A stretch of DNA of 64,000 nucleotides. Source: Malacoraja senta (lineage: Eukaryota). A program made the translations under genes and the position numbers. Positions 10,879 through 23,519 of the stretch are shown piece after piece. The notes under the pieces are model-generated. The model ran no database searches, had not been told where the DNA came from, and saw only the letters and a program-made list of their open reading frames with translations. The number at the start of each line of letters is the position of its first letter. Positions within the stretch are counted from its first letter, which is position 1. The stretch is taken from positions 2,418,001 through 2,482,000 of the forward strand of contig CM075988.1 of assembly GCA_038087875.1 (NCBI GenBank), given 5' to 3'.

Positions 10879-13280
10879 CAGTGCCCTCCATAATGTTTGG
10901 GACAAAGACCCGTCATTTATTTATTTGCCTCTGTACTCCACAATTTGAGATTTGTAATAGAAAAAAAAAATCACATGTGGTTAAAGTGCACATTGTCAGA
11001 TATTAATTAAGGCCATATTTATACAGTTTGGTTTCACCATGTAAAATTACAGCAGTGTTTTTACATAGTCCCCCCATAATATTTGTGCCACAGCAATGTA
11101 ATGGAAATGAAAGTAGTCATGTTTAGTATTTTGTTGCATATCCTTTGCATGCAATGACTGCTTGAAGTCTGCGATTCATGAACATCACCAGTTGCTGGGT
11201 GTCTTCTCTGGTGATGCTCTGCCAGGCCTGTATTGCAGCCATCTGTACCTCATGCTTGTTTTGGGGGCTACTCCCCTTCAGTTTTCTCTTCCGCATATAA
11301 AAGGCATGCTCAGTTGGGTTCAGATCGGGTGATTGACTTGGCCACTCAAGAATTGACCATTTATTAGCTTTGAAAAACTCCTTTGTTACTTTAGCAGTAT
11401 GTTTGGGATCATTGTCTTGCTGTAGAATGAACCGCCGGCCAATGAGTTTGAATTGAATTGAATTGAATTAGATTTTATTAATCCCCTTATTCAGGGGAAA
11501 TTCAGATGTCCTTGCAGCACACTAATAAAATACAACATAGTATTAAAAAGAAGTTCAACACCAAAACATCCCCCCACAGTGGTTCCCACTGTGGGGGAAG
11601 GCACAAAGTCCAGTCCCCATCCTCTTGTCCACCCAGAGTCGGGCCCACTGAGGCCTCCACAGTCGCCGCCACGGCGCCCGATGTTCTCGCCGGGTGATGG
11701 TACTCCGGCGTCGGGAGAACCCCCAGCGGCTTGGGGTACCAGGAACGACCACCTTCCCACCGAAGACCGCGGCTTCCAAGCCAACAGACCGCGCCGGACG
11801 GAGCTCCACACACTGGCAATCTCAGCGAGAGATCCCAGGCTCCGGGATGTACCGTTCAGCGTCGCAGATGGCCGCTCCACAGAACCGCTGCTGCACGATG
11901 TTCTCATCGGCGGTCCCAGCATACTGGAGTTCCAGCGCGGCGACCCAGGAAAGGCATCGCCCGCTCCACGAGAGCGCTCCAGCGCTGCACCGCCGCCAAA
12001 GCCGATGTTCTGCGCCGCCGCCAAAGCCGATGTTCTAACCAGGTCCCCTCAGGGAAACGTCGCTCCAGGACCCGCTGGTAGGCCGCTGCTCGGAGGAAGG
12101 CAACCCCTCCGACCAGATAGGGACTCGAAAAGCAGTTTCCCCCTTCCCCCCCCACCACCCCCCACACATAAAAAGTGTGGCATTTTTGGGAGTGGGAGTT
12201 TTGAGGCATTTGTTTGAACTTGAGCAGATAGGATGTGTCTATACATTTCAGAATCCATTATGTTACTACCATCAGCAGTTGTATCATCAATGAAGACAAG
12301 TGAGCCAGTACCTTCAGCAGCCATACATGCCCAGGCCATAACACCCCCGCCACCGTGTTTCACAGATGAACTGGTATGCTTTGGATCTTAGGCAGTTCCT
12401 TCTCTCCTCCATACTTTGCTCTTGCCATCACTCTGATATAAGTTAATATTCATCTCATCTGTCCACAAGACCTTTTTCCAGAACTGTGATTGCTCGTTTA
12501 AGTACATCTTGACAAACTGTGACCTGGCCATCCTATTTTTGCAGCTAACCAGTGGTTTGCATCTTGCAGTGTAGCCTCTGTATTTATTTTCATGAAGTCT
12601 TCTGCGGACAGTGGTCATTGACAAATCCACACATGACTCCTGAAGAGTGTTTCTGATCTGTCGGACAGGTGTTTGGGGATTTTTCTTCATTATAGAGAGA
12701 ATTCTTCTGTCATCAGCTGTGGAGGTCTTCCTTGGCTTACCAATCCCTTTGCGATTAGTAAGCTCACCAGTGCTCTCTTTCTTCTTAATGATGTTCCAAA
12801 CTGTTGATTTTGGTTTCAGGTTTGGCTGATGTCTCTTAACAGTTTTATTCTTGTTTCTCAGTCGCATAATGGCTTCTTTGACTTTCATTGGCACAGCTTT
12901 GGTTCTCATGTTGATAAACAGCAATCAAAGTTTCCAAAGGTGATGGAAAGACTGGAGGAAAGACTGGGCGCTGAGAGCTCTCTTATACCTGCATTAAGGA
13001 GGCAATTAAACACACCTGAGCAATTACAAACACCTGTGAAGCCATGTGTCCCAAACTTTATGATGCCCTGAAATGGGGGATTATTGGGGGAAATATGTAT
13101 AAACACAGTTGTAATTTCTACATGGTGAAACCAAAATTTATAAAAATGGCCTTTAATAAAATCTGACAAGGCGCACTTTAACCACATCTGATTTTTTCCA
13201 TTACAAATCTCAAATTTTGGAACACTAGAGGCAAATAAATAAATGATGGGTCTTTGTCCCAAACATTATGGAGGGCACTG
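10879..13280 (-). mobile_element. Tc1/mariner IR/DR DNA transposon, decayed transposase, interrupted by a retroelement
   Basis: TA target duplication. Long inverted repeats starting CAGTGCCCTCCATAATGTTTGGGACAAAGACCC. Transposase pieces 12924-12388 (HTH, KVLWTDE) and KHGGGGVMAWAC. Confidence 0.95.
11450..12195 (-). mobile_element. Non-autonomous internally deleted LINE derivative (copy A), inserted in Tc1
   Basis: (AATTC)n tail and AATAAA on minus strand, GC-rich body, GAGTTT duplicated at both ends, perfect 12-bp hairpin at 11571-11597. Confidence 0.65.
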
Positions 13281-13422
13281 TAGGTGTGTTCTTGATTATC
13301 AGCATACGTGGGTGAGAGGGCCTGTTTCTGTGCTTTTGGACTCTATATATAGGATGGGTTGCACAGAGTGTTAAAATACTGGGATGTTTCTGTGCTGCGT
13401 GGTGTAGTAGTTCCACTAGTAG

Positions 13423-14466
13423 TAGCAATGTTACAAAATTTTGAGATTAAAAAAATCAAGTCTGTAATTTATCCCATCAGATAAAGCATAAAAAGACGTT
13501 TAATTTGACACCTAATTCATTTTCATATCTTAAGTATTAAAAAAGTTATGGCCATTTTCATACCCTGAAATTAGCATCTTGTTCCCTATTGCTTTTCCAT
13601 TGACTTAACACAAAAGCTGTGATCGAGGACAGTCAAAAGCCCATAACTTTCTTAAAAATTAAGAGCACTGAAAGAAAATTTCAGTTATTATAGATTGAAG
13701 CATTCTGAAACAAATATGAAACAATCTTACTTAGATGACATGAAATTAAAGCATATAATTAGTTAGTTACCTAATTGTAGCTAATTACAAAATTCAATTA
13801 TTAGATCTAAACATCTATCAATTTCTTAAGAATAGATTAAAAATTTTAAATAGCCCAAGTGTCCAAATAACATTCACACAAGAATTCACAATATAACATA
13901 ATTTTAAATCTCATTGTCATGGATTTATAGGCCAAATGGAAGGAATTTAATGTTTAATACCTGTAAATGAATGGCCATTTAAATAATCTTGTGAGTGGGT
14001 TTTTCTGGAACGCAATCATTTGGAACGTTGCGGTTGCGGTGAATTTAAACCCGTATCGGCATGAAAAATACTGCCGGTTCGTTTGGGGAAAAAAATCACC
14101 GTTTCGCATGTTTAAATGTGAATTAAAGGCATCTTAAGGAGCACTTTTATACATAAAATAAACGGCTTTCGTTTACCTGTCCCGTGCGTGAAATCTGTCC
14201 CCGTTGTCGGCGTTGACGGCTTTAGAAGCTGATTTTAAAATTGCTCCAGTGCTGAAATTGTCGGGCGAATAAAAAAAAAAAAATACACAGAACGCCCGTC
14301 GGAACGATTCTTCAGCAAAATCTTGCACTCCAACGAAATATAATCCAGGACAAGGTAGGAGAAACCCGCATTTTAACCCCGCCCCCCCCTCAAAGGCGCC
14401 AAAATCGCGTACACGGCCAGTGGCAGAATTGCAGCGCCGCTGAAGGTAAGTATTGTAACATACCTC
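13423..14466. mobile_element. Non-autonomous TIR DNA transposon, hAT-like
   Basis: Imperfect TIRs TAGCAATGTTACAAAA / TATTGTAACATACCT. CTAGTAG(T) is duplicated on both flanks. A second inverted copy lies at 22668-23460. Confidence 0.7.
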
Positions 14467-15164
14467 CTAGTAGTCCCCCTTAATCTGACTTTATTTCTCA
14501 CTCCCAGTGTTTAACTACCTTTCCACCCTCTTTCACTATTTCTGTTCCTCTCTGTATTGAATACATTTCAATATAACAAACACATGAGGGTGTTTAATAA
14601 TTGCAATCACATGTGGGTGTCATAAGTCGGCAAAAAGCAGTAGAACAATGCTTAATTCTGATCTTATCTGATTTTCTAACGGAAAGTTAGGTATTATGAT
14701 TCTTAAAATGAATTTTTTAACTTCCTCAGGATCTTTTAAACCATATCTTTGATTGGAAATTTTAGTCAAGCGTATAATTCTCCCTTTGCTATTCACAGTA
14801 CCCTAAGTATAGATGAAATAATTGAATGGCAACCAAGTTGAAAAGGGACCAGTGAATAGAGCTGATATATTTACATCTTGGGTCAAGATGGTTCCAGTAT
14901 TAAATGTTTTTGAAGCAGCCTGTAATCAATACTCAACAGGGGGGGACCATAAGCCATAGACAAATATTTCATGTAATATGTGTCAAACCATACCTTTACA
15001 CCTGGATGAGTTTTGAATCTTGTGCTTCCAGTACCAGGTGACCGTAGCTCATCTCTCCTCAATGCCATGGATTCAGGTTTTATTAGAGTGTGGTAGGACT
15101 AAAGAACTTTGACCTGATCCTTTGACCATGAGGTTTCATGGCTTTGTCTGTTGCATGCTTTGTT

Positions 15165-15722
15165 TGATGGTTCACCTGCACCTCCTCCAACCTTATCTAC
15201 TATATCCGCTGTTCCAGGTGTGCACTCTTTTATCGCCGAGAACAAGCACAGGCTCGGCGAACGTTTCGCTGAACACCTCTCCTCAGTTCGCCTAGGTTTA
15301 CGTGATCTCCGGTTGCTAAACACGTTAACCCCCCCTCCAATTCCCACACTGACCTTTCTGTCCTGTCAGAGTGAGGCCCAATGCAAATTGGAGAAACAGC
15401 GCTTCATATTTTGTTTTGGCAGTTTACAACCCAGCGGTGTGAATATGGTATGAATGTTGATTTCAGCAGTATGAATATTGATTTGACTAACTTCATGTAA
15501 CCCTTGCTTTCCCTCTCTCCCCGTCCCTCCCCCATCCTAGTTCTCCGACTAGTTTCATTGTCCTCCTGATTAAATGTTACTGATTGCATGCCTCGTTGTC
15601 ACCTTCCCCATATCTAACAATGAATCATTCTACATTTTTCCTTGATCATCGTCCCCTTTGATCTGTGTTTTCACACCTTTCCCTTCCATGGTGTAAAGCA
15701 GCATCTGCAGTTCCTTCCTACA
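15165..15722 (+). mobile_element. Penelope-like GIY-YIG fragment
   Basis: FIAENKHRLGERFAEHLSSVRL...KLEKQRFIFCFGSLQPSG, homologous to 5585-5912. Confidence 0.75.
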
Positions 15723-16054
15723 CACTTGGTCACGTAGACACTTGCAGCTTGACTCAGTGTGCAGCTGGTTGTCAGTAAGCCTGGTGCAGCTCCCAGCTTG
15801 GCTTTCTGTGCCACTCACTGAACCAGGGCAGGCCATGTGTTACAGATCTTGATCGTGTATATTTCCGCTGTTGCTGATTGATTGCTGCTGCTGCCCAGTG
15901 GTGATTTGTTCTCAGTCTATCCATTTTAGCTTGAATGTAGTGAAATGTCCTCAAGGTGACGATAGCACGTTGCCTCCACGTGGACTGTACGGTGGTCGCT
16001 CCCACCCGCTGTGTCTCGGCTGATGAGTCTGCAACAGGTAGCTAGGTGAGAATT

Positions 16055-16580
16055 TCATAAGTTCTAGGAGCAGAATTAGGCCATTCGGCACATCAAGTAA
16101 ACATTCAATCATGGCTGATCTATCTATACCAGCCGTCTGTGGCAATGCATTCCACAGATTCAGCACCCTCTGACTAAAGAAATTCCTCCTCATCTCCTTT
16201 CTAAGGGTAGGTCCATTTATTCTGAGGTTAAGGCCTCTGATCCACTAGTGGAAATATCCTCTCCACATTTACTCTATCCAGGCCTTTCACTATTTGGTAC
16301 ATTTCAATGAGGCTGCCCTCTCATCCTTCTAAACTCCAGCGAGTACAGACCCAGTGGATTCAAACGCTCACCATATGTTAACCCAATCATTCCGCGGATC
16401 GTTCACGTAAACTTCCTCTGGATCCTCTCCAACGCCAACACATCCTTCATCTGATGGGGCCCAAAACTGCTCACAATACACTAAATGCAGTCTGACCAGT
16501 AAAGCCTCATTATAAAGCCTTAACATTACACCCCTGTGTTTTTATTCTAGCCCTCTAGAAATAAATGCTAGCAATGCATT
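16055..16580 (-). mobile_element. CR1 LINE 3' fragment
   Basis: MRRNFFSQRVLNLWNALPQ plus CR1 3' tail. Confidence 0.8.
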
Positions 16581-16886
16581 TAGGTAGGCTGCTAATCTGC
16601 GCCTACGGCCCCTCCGACCACCACCAATCACTCACACACATTCACACACATTCACACACATTCACACGCAGGTAGGTTCCTCACTTCCTGCCATGGATCC
16701 AGTCTAGCACCTATGTTCCTCAGTTAATGGTGGTGTTGCCAAGCTACTGGGTAATATACACTGAAGTTGCCATGCCAAGCACAATGTTTGCCCGTGTCAC
16801 TGCAAGTGTCTCTTATATTTTTCAACGTGGAGGAGCTGCGATTCATCAACTGAAGGAGGACGGAAAGTACTAATGAGTGGTACGGT

Positions 16887-17222
16887 AATAATAATAATAA
16901 TGGATGGGATTTATATAGCGCCTTTCTAATACTCAAGGCGCTTTACATCGCATTATTCATTCACTCCTCAGTCACACTCGGTGGTGGTGAGCTACTTCTG
17001 TAGCCACAGCTGCCCTGGGGCAGACTGACGGAAGCGTGGCTGCTAATCTGCGCCTACCACCACCAATCACTCACACACATTCACACACATTCACACGCAG
17101 GCAAAGGTGGGTGAAGTGTCTTGCCCAAGGACACAACGACAGTATGCACTCCAAGCGGGATTCGAACCGGCTACCTTCCGGTTGCCAGCCGAACACTTAG
17201 CCCATTGCGCCATCTGTCGTCC
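16887..17222 (-). mobile_element. Apparently complete tRNA-derived CORE-type SINE with L2-like tail
   Basis: Minus strand: A box TGGCGCAATGG, B box GGTTCGAATCC, CORE-like GTGTCCTTGGGCAAGACACTT, tail GTAAAGCGCCTTGAG...AAAGGCGCTATATAAAT then (ATT)n. Confidence 0.8.
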
Positions 17223-17769
17223 TGATAGCATGAGTCGACACTCCACACTTGTCCTGGTTTCCCATTCCTGGAATTAGATGGCAGGTAAAGCAAAGCCTCA
17301 GTTGGTGGATTGCTGAATCATTGCCCCTGAGCCACCTTGACAGAGCATGAGGTTGGGACACAGCCTTGCATTTAGTTCAGTTTATTGTCACTTGTACTGA
17401 GGTACAGTACAGCTACATTACAAGGTACAGCTTGTTTTGTTAATGTGGTCATAGCCAGACATGTTTGAGAATAAACTTAAATCATTGTATTAAAAATTAA
17501 CATTAAGTAAATTAAAGCAATAATAGATAAAAACAAAATAATGTAAAAAGGCAACAGAAAACTTCATATTTTCTTTCTAATCTCCATTTTGAGATTCTTA
17601 TTCAAGTAAAATGTGATTCTGATCTAGTGCAAGTGATGGTGAACAAAGGCTTCTTTGGTTAAACGGTACGTTATTGTGGTGGGGGAGTTGAGGGAATGTG
17701 GAAGGTGTCGCACATCGGTCGATGGCGTGCTTATCTTTGAAACCCCCAGATAGTAGAATCTGGGCTAAC

Positions 17770-18270
17770 TGAGAGGGTCCAGAGGAGGTTTACAAGAATG
17801 ATCCCAGGACTGAGTAGGTCCACCAATGTTGAGCGTTTGTCAGCACTGGCCTGTACCTGCTGGAGTTTAGAAAAATGAGGGGGGGACTTCATTGAAATGT
17901 ACAGAATAGTGAAAAGCTTGGACAGAGTGGATGTGGAAAGGATGTTTCCACTAGTGAGAGAGTCAAGGACTAAAGGTCATAGCCTCAGAATTCAAGGATG
18001 TTTTTTTAGGAAGGAGATGAGGAGAAATTTCTTCAGTCAGAGGGTGGTGAAACTGGAATTATTTGCCACAGAAGGCTATGGAGCCAAGTCAGTGGATATT
18101 TTTAAGGCAGAGATAGATAGATTCTTGATTAGTACAGGTGTCAAAGATTATGGGGAGAAGACAGGAGAATAGGGTTAGGAGAGAGAGATAGATCAGCCAC
18201 GAATGAATGGCGGAGTAGACTTGATGGACCGAATGGCCTAATTCTACTCCTATCACTTATGACCTCATGA
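17770..18270 (+). mobile_element. CR1 LINE 3' fragment
   Basis: ORF 17897-18172 (LDRVDVERMFP...RTKGHSLRI...RRNFFSQRVV) and CR1 tail. Confidence 0.85.
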
Positions 18271-18575
18271 ACTTCATCCCTTTTACTCTTTCTGGTCACC
18301 ATGAAGATTTCCAAATTCTTTCCCTTACTTAGGCCATTCCATGAGTGCTCCAGTTCACTTGAAGCAATCGATTCTATCGGATTGTTTTAGTCCGAAAATG
18401 AATGTAAATTGAAACAATGTAAGAAGCAAAGATAATATGAAGCAATTACAAATCCTCATTGACAATAAATTGAAATGTTGAACTGATGATCAGTGGCACT
18501 GGGGAAATGAATTAGAAGGTTGGGTTGCATTAAACAGTCATTATTAAACTAACAAAGTAATCTTACTGCTTTATA

Positions 18576-21500
18576 CAGTGGCTTGCAAAAGTATTCATAC
18601 CCCTTGAACTTTTCCACATTTTGTCACGTTACAACCACAAACGTAAATGTATTTTATTGGGATTTTATGTGATAGACCAACACAAAGTGGTGCATAATTG
18701 TGAAGTGGAAGGAAAATGATACATGGTTTTCAAATTTTTTTACAAATAAAAAACTGAAAAGTGTCGCGTGCAAAAGTATTCAGCCCCCTTTACTCTGATA
18801 CCCCTAAATAAAATCCAGTGCAACCAATTGCCTTCAGAAGTCACCTAATTAGTAAATAGAGTCCACTTGTGTGTAATCTAATCTCAGTATAAATACAGCT
18901 GTTCTGTGAAGGCCTCAGAGGTTTGTTAGAGAACATTAGTGAACAAACAGCATCATGAAGCCCAAGGAACAGGTCAGGGAAAAAGTTGTGGAAAAGTTTA
19001 AAGCAGGGTTAGATTATAAAAAAAATATCCCAAGCTTTGAACATCTCACGGAGCACTGTTCAATCCATCATCCGAAAATGGAAAGAGTATGGCACAACTG
19101 CAAACCTACCAAGACATGGCCGTCCACCTAAACTGACAGGCCGGGCAAGGAGAGCATTGATCAGAGAAGCAGCCAAGAGGCCCATGGTAACTGGAGGAGC
19201 TGCAGAGATCCACAGCTCAGGTGGGAAAATCTGTCCACAGGACAACTATTAGTCGTGCACTCCACAAATCGGGCCTTTATGGAAGAGTGGCAAGAATAAT
19301 TGTATAAGGGGTAAGAGCGTTGTAAAAACAAGCCTGAAGGCTTTGTGTCTCAATGCAAGGAGCATTCGTAATAAGGTGGATGAGTTGAACGTGCAGATAG
19401 CAATTAATGATTATGATATAGTTGGGATCATGGAGACATGGCTACAGGGTGACCAAGGCTGGGAGCTGAACATCCAGGGATATTCAATATTCAGGAGGGA
19501 TAGAGAGAAAGGAAAAGGAGGTGGGGTAGCGTTGCTGGTTAGAGAGGAGATTAACGCAGTGGAAAGGAAGGACATTAGCTTGGAGGATGTGGAATCGGTA
19601 TGGGTAGAGCTGCGATACACTAAGGGGCAGAAAACGCTGGTGGGTGTTGTGTACAGGCCACCTAGCAGTAGTAGTGAAGTTGGGGATGGCATCAAACAGG
19701 AAATTAGAAATGCGTGCAACAAAGGCAAAACAGTTATAATGGGTGACTTCAATCTACATATAGATTGGGTGAATCAAATTGGCAGGGGTGCTGAGGAAGA
19801 GGATTTCTTGGAATGTATGCGGGATAGTTATCTAAACCAACATGTAGAGGAACCAACGAGAGAGCAGGCTATTCTAGACTGGGTATTGAGTAATGAGGAA
19901 GGGTTAGTTAGCAGTCTTGTTGTGCGTGCCCCCTTGGGCAAGAGTGACCATAATATGGTTGAGTTCTTCATTAGGATGGAGAGTGACATTGTTAATTCAG
20001 GAACAACGGTTCTGAACTTAAAGAAAGGTAACTTTGAGGGTATGAGACGTGAATTGGCCAAGATTGACTGGCAATTAGTTCTAAAAGGGTTGACGGTGGA
20101 TATGCAATGGAACGCATTTAAAGACTGCATGGATGAACTACAAAAATTGTTCATCCCAGTTGGGCAAAAGAATAAATCAGGGAAGGTAGTGCATCCGTGG
20201 ATAACTAGGGAAATCAGGGATAGTATCAAAGCAAAAGATGATGCGTACAAATTAGCCAGCAAAGGCAGCATACCAGAGGACTGGGAGAAATTCAGAGACC
20301 AGCAGAAGAGGACAAAGGGCTTAATTAGGAAAGGGAAAATAGATTATGAAAGGAAACTGGCAGGGAACATAAAAACTGACTGCAAAAGTTTTTATAGATA
20401 TGTGAAGAGAAAGAGATTAGGTAAAACAAATGTAGGTCCCTTGCAGTCAGAAACAGGTGAATTGATCATGGGGAACAAGGATATGGCGGACCAATTGAAT
20501 AACTACTTTGGTTCCGTTTTCACTAAGGAAGACATAAATAATCTGCCGGAAATAGCAGGGGGCCGCGGGTCAAAGGAGATGGAGGAACTGAGTGAAATCC
20601 AGGTTAGTCGGGAAGTGGTGTTGGGTAAATTGAATGGATTAAAGGCCGATAAATCACCAGGGCCAGATAGGCTGCATCCCAGAGTACTTAAGGAAGTAGC
20701 TCCAGAAATAGTGGATGCATTAGTGATAATTTTTCAAAACTCTTTAGATTCTGGAGTAGTTCCTGAGGATTGGAGGGTAGCAAACGTAACCCCACTTTTT
20801 AAGAAGGGAGGTAGAGAGAAAACGGGGAATTACAGACCAGTTAGTCTAACATCGGTAGTGGGGAAACTGCTAGAGTCACTTATTAAAGATGGGATAGCAG
20901 CACATTTGGAAAGTGGTGAATTCATTGGACAAAGTTAGCATGGATTTACGAAAGGTAAATCATGTCTGACGAATCTTATAGATTTTTTCGAGGATGTAAC
21001 TAGTAGAGTGGATAGGGGAGAACCAGTGGATGTGTTGTATCTGGACTTTCAGAAGGCTTTCGACAAGGTACCACATAAGAGATTAGTATACAAACTTAAA
21101 GCACACGGTATTGGGGGTTCAGTATTGATGTGGATAGAGAACTGGCTGGCAAACAGGAAGCAAAGAGTAGGAGTAAATGGGTCCTTTTCACAATGGCAGG
21201 CAGTGACTAGTGGGGTACCGCAAGGCTCAGTGCTGGGACCCCAGCTATTTACAATTTATATTAATGACCTGGATAAGGGAATTGAAGGCAACATCTCCAA
21301 GTTTGCGGATGACACTAAGCTGGGGGACAGTGTTAGCTGTGAGGAGGATGCTAGGAGACTGCAAGGTGACTTGGATAGGCTGGGTGAGTGGGCAAATGTT
21401 TGGCAGATGCAGTATAATGTGGATAAATGTGAGGTTATCCACTTTGGTGGCAAAAACAGGAAAGCAGACTATTATCTAAATGGTGGCCGATTAGGAAATG

Positions 21501-22467
21501 GGGAGATGCAGCGAGACCTGGGTGTCATGGTACACCAGTCATTGAAAGTAGGCATGTAGGTGCAGCAAGCAGTGAAGAAAGCGAATGGTATGTTAGCTTT
21601 CATAGCAAAAGGATTTGAGTATAGGAGCAGGGAGGTTCTACTGCAGTTGTACAGGGTCTTGGTGAGACCACACCTGGAGTATTGCGTACAGTTTTGGTCT
21701 CCAATTCTGAGGAAGGACATTATAGCCATAGAGGGAGTGCAGAGAAGGTTCACCAGACTGATTCCTGGGATGTCAGGACTTTCATATGAAGAAAGACTGG
21801 ATAGACTTGGCTTATACTCGCTAGAATTTAGGAGATTGAGAGGGAATCTTATAGAAACGTACAAAATTCTTATGGGGTTGGACAGGCTAGATGCAGGAAG
21901 ATTGTTCCCGATGTTGGGGAAGTCCAGGACAAGGGGTCACAGCTTAAGGATAAGGGGGAAATCCTTTAAGACCGAGATGAGGAAAAACTTTTTCACACAG
22001 AGAGTGGTGAATCTCTGGAACTCTCTGCCACAGAGGGTAGTTGAGGCCAGTTCATTGGCTATATTTAAGAGGGAGTTAGATGTGGCCCTTGTGGCTAAGG
22101 GGATCAGGGGGTATGGAGAGAAGGCAGGTACGGGATACTGAGTTGGATGATCAGCCATGATCGTATTGAATGGCGGTGCAGGCTCGAAGGGCCGAATGGC
22201 CTACTCCTGCACCTATTTTCTATGTATCTATGTAAGAAGAAAGCCATTGTTGAAAAAAAGCCATAAGAAGTCCCGTTTGCAGTTTGCCACAAGCCATGTG
22301 GGGGACACAGCAAACATGTGGAGGAAGGTGCTCTGGTCAGATGAGACCAAAATTGAAGTTTTTGGCCTAAATGCAAAACTCTATGTGTGGCGGAAACCTA
22401 ACACTGCACATCACCCTGAACACACCATCCCCACTGTGAAACATGGTGGTGGCAGCATCATGCTGTG
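18576..22467 (+). mobile_element. Passport/PPTN-like Tc1 transposon, split by a CR1 and cut off by an assembly gap
   Basis: TA|CAGTGGCTTGCAAAAGTATTCA terminus with inner direct repeat at about 18769. Transposase IIRKWKEYGTTANLPRHGRPPKL...GLYGRVA[CR1]RRKPLL...KVLWSDETK...KHGGGSIML. Confidence 0.88.
19297..22233 (+). mobile_element. CR1 (HER1-like) LINE with near-complete ORF2 (APE endonuclease + RT) and two in-frame nonsense codons
   Basis: ORFs 19343-20938, 21008-21559 and 21560-22141 share one frame. Motifs CLNARS, ETW, GDFN, SDH, PQGSVLGP, KFADD. Target duplication AAGAA at 19292-19296 and 22234-22238. Confidence 0.97.
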
Positions 22468-22667
22468 NNNNNNNNNNNNNNNNNNNNNNNNNNNNNNNNN
22501 NNNNNNNNNNNNNNNNNNNNNNNNNNNNNNNNNNNNNNNNNNNNNNNNNNNNNNNNNNNNNNNNNNNNNNNNNNNNNNNNNNNNNNNNNNNNNNNNNNNN
22601 NNNNNNNNNNNNNNNNNNNNNNNNNNNNNNNNNNNNNNNNNNNNNNNNNNNNNNNNNNNNNNNNNNN
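22468..22667. other. Assembly gap (200 N)
   Basis: Run of N. Confidence 1.
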
Positions 22668-23460
22668 CAACGCCGATAACGGGGACGGATTTCACACGCG
22701 GGACAGGTAAACGAAAGTGGTTTCTTTAAATGTATAAAAGTGCTTCTTAAGAAGCCTTTAATTCACATTTTTTCATGCGACACGGTGATTTTATTCCCCG
22801 AATTAACGGCAGTATTTTTCATGCCAATACGGGGTTAAATTCACCGCAAATTAACGTTCCAAAAGATCGCGTTCCAGAAATCCTCACTCACAAGATGATT
22901 TAAATCCCCATTAATTTACAGTTATTAAACATTCAATTCCTTCCATTTGGCCTGTAAATTCATGAAAATGAGATTTAAAAATTATGTTATATTGTGAATT
23001 ATTGTGTGAATGTTATTTGGACACTTAGGCTATTTAAAAATGTTAATCTATTCTTAAGAAATTGATAGATGTTTAGATCTAGTAATTGAATTTTGTAATT
23101 AGCTACAATTAGGTAACTAACTAATTATATGCTTTACTTTCATGTCTTCTAAGTAAGATTGTTTCATATTTGTTTCAGAATGCTTCAATCTATAATAACT
23201 GAAAATGTCTTTCAGTTATCTTAATTTTTAAGAAAGTTATGGGCTTTTAACTGTCCTCGATCACAGCTTTTGTGTTAAGTCAATGGAAAACCAATAGGGA
23301 ACAAGATGCTAATTTCCGAGTATGAAAATGGCCATAACTTCTTTAATACTGAAGATATGAAAGTGAATTATGTGTCAAATTAAACTTCTTTTTATGCTTT
23401 AGCTGATGGGATAAATTGCAGACTTTATTTTTTAAATCTCAAAATTTTGTAACATTGCTA
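22668..23460. mobile_element. Second, inverted copy of the 13423-14466 hAT-like element, truncated by the gap
   Basis: Reverse-complement similarity throughout; ends TTTTGTAACATTGCTA. Confidence 0.8.
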
Positions 23461-23519
23461 CCTTATGCCACTGGAATCTTGACTTTCTGACTCAGACTAC
23501 ACTCAGTAAGGATAGGAGG

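Noticed and set aside
11491..12217. Overlapping 100-200 aa ORFs here and at about 29630-30420, 39170-40000 and 62540-63070
   Set aside because: GC-rich repeat bodies depleted of stops; frames are not conserved between copies.
17150..17222. tRNA gene
   Set aside because: It is the tRNA-derived head of a SINE and continues into CORE and tail sequence.
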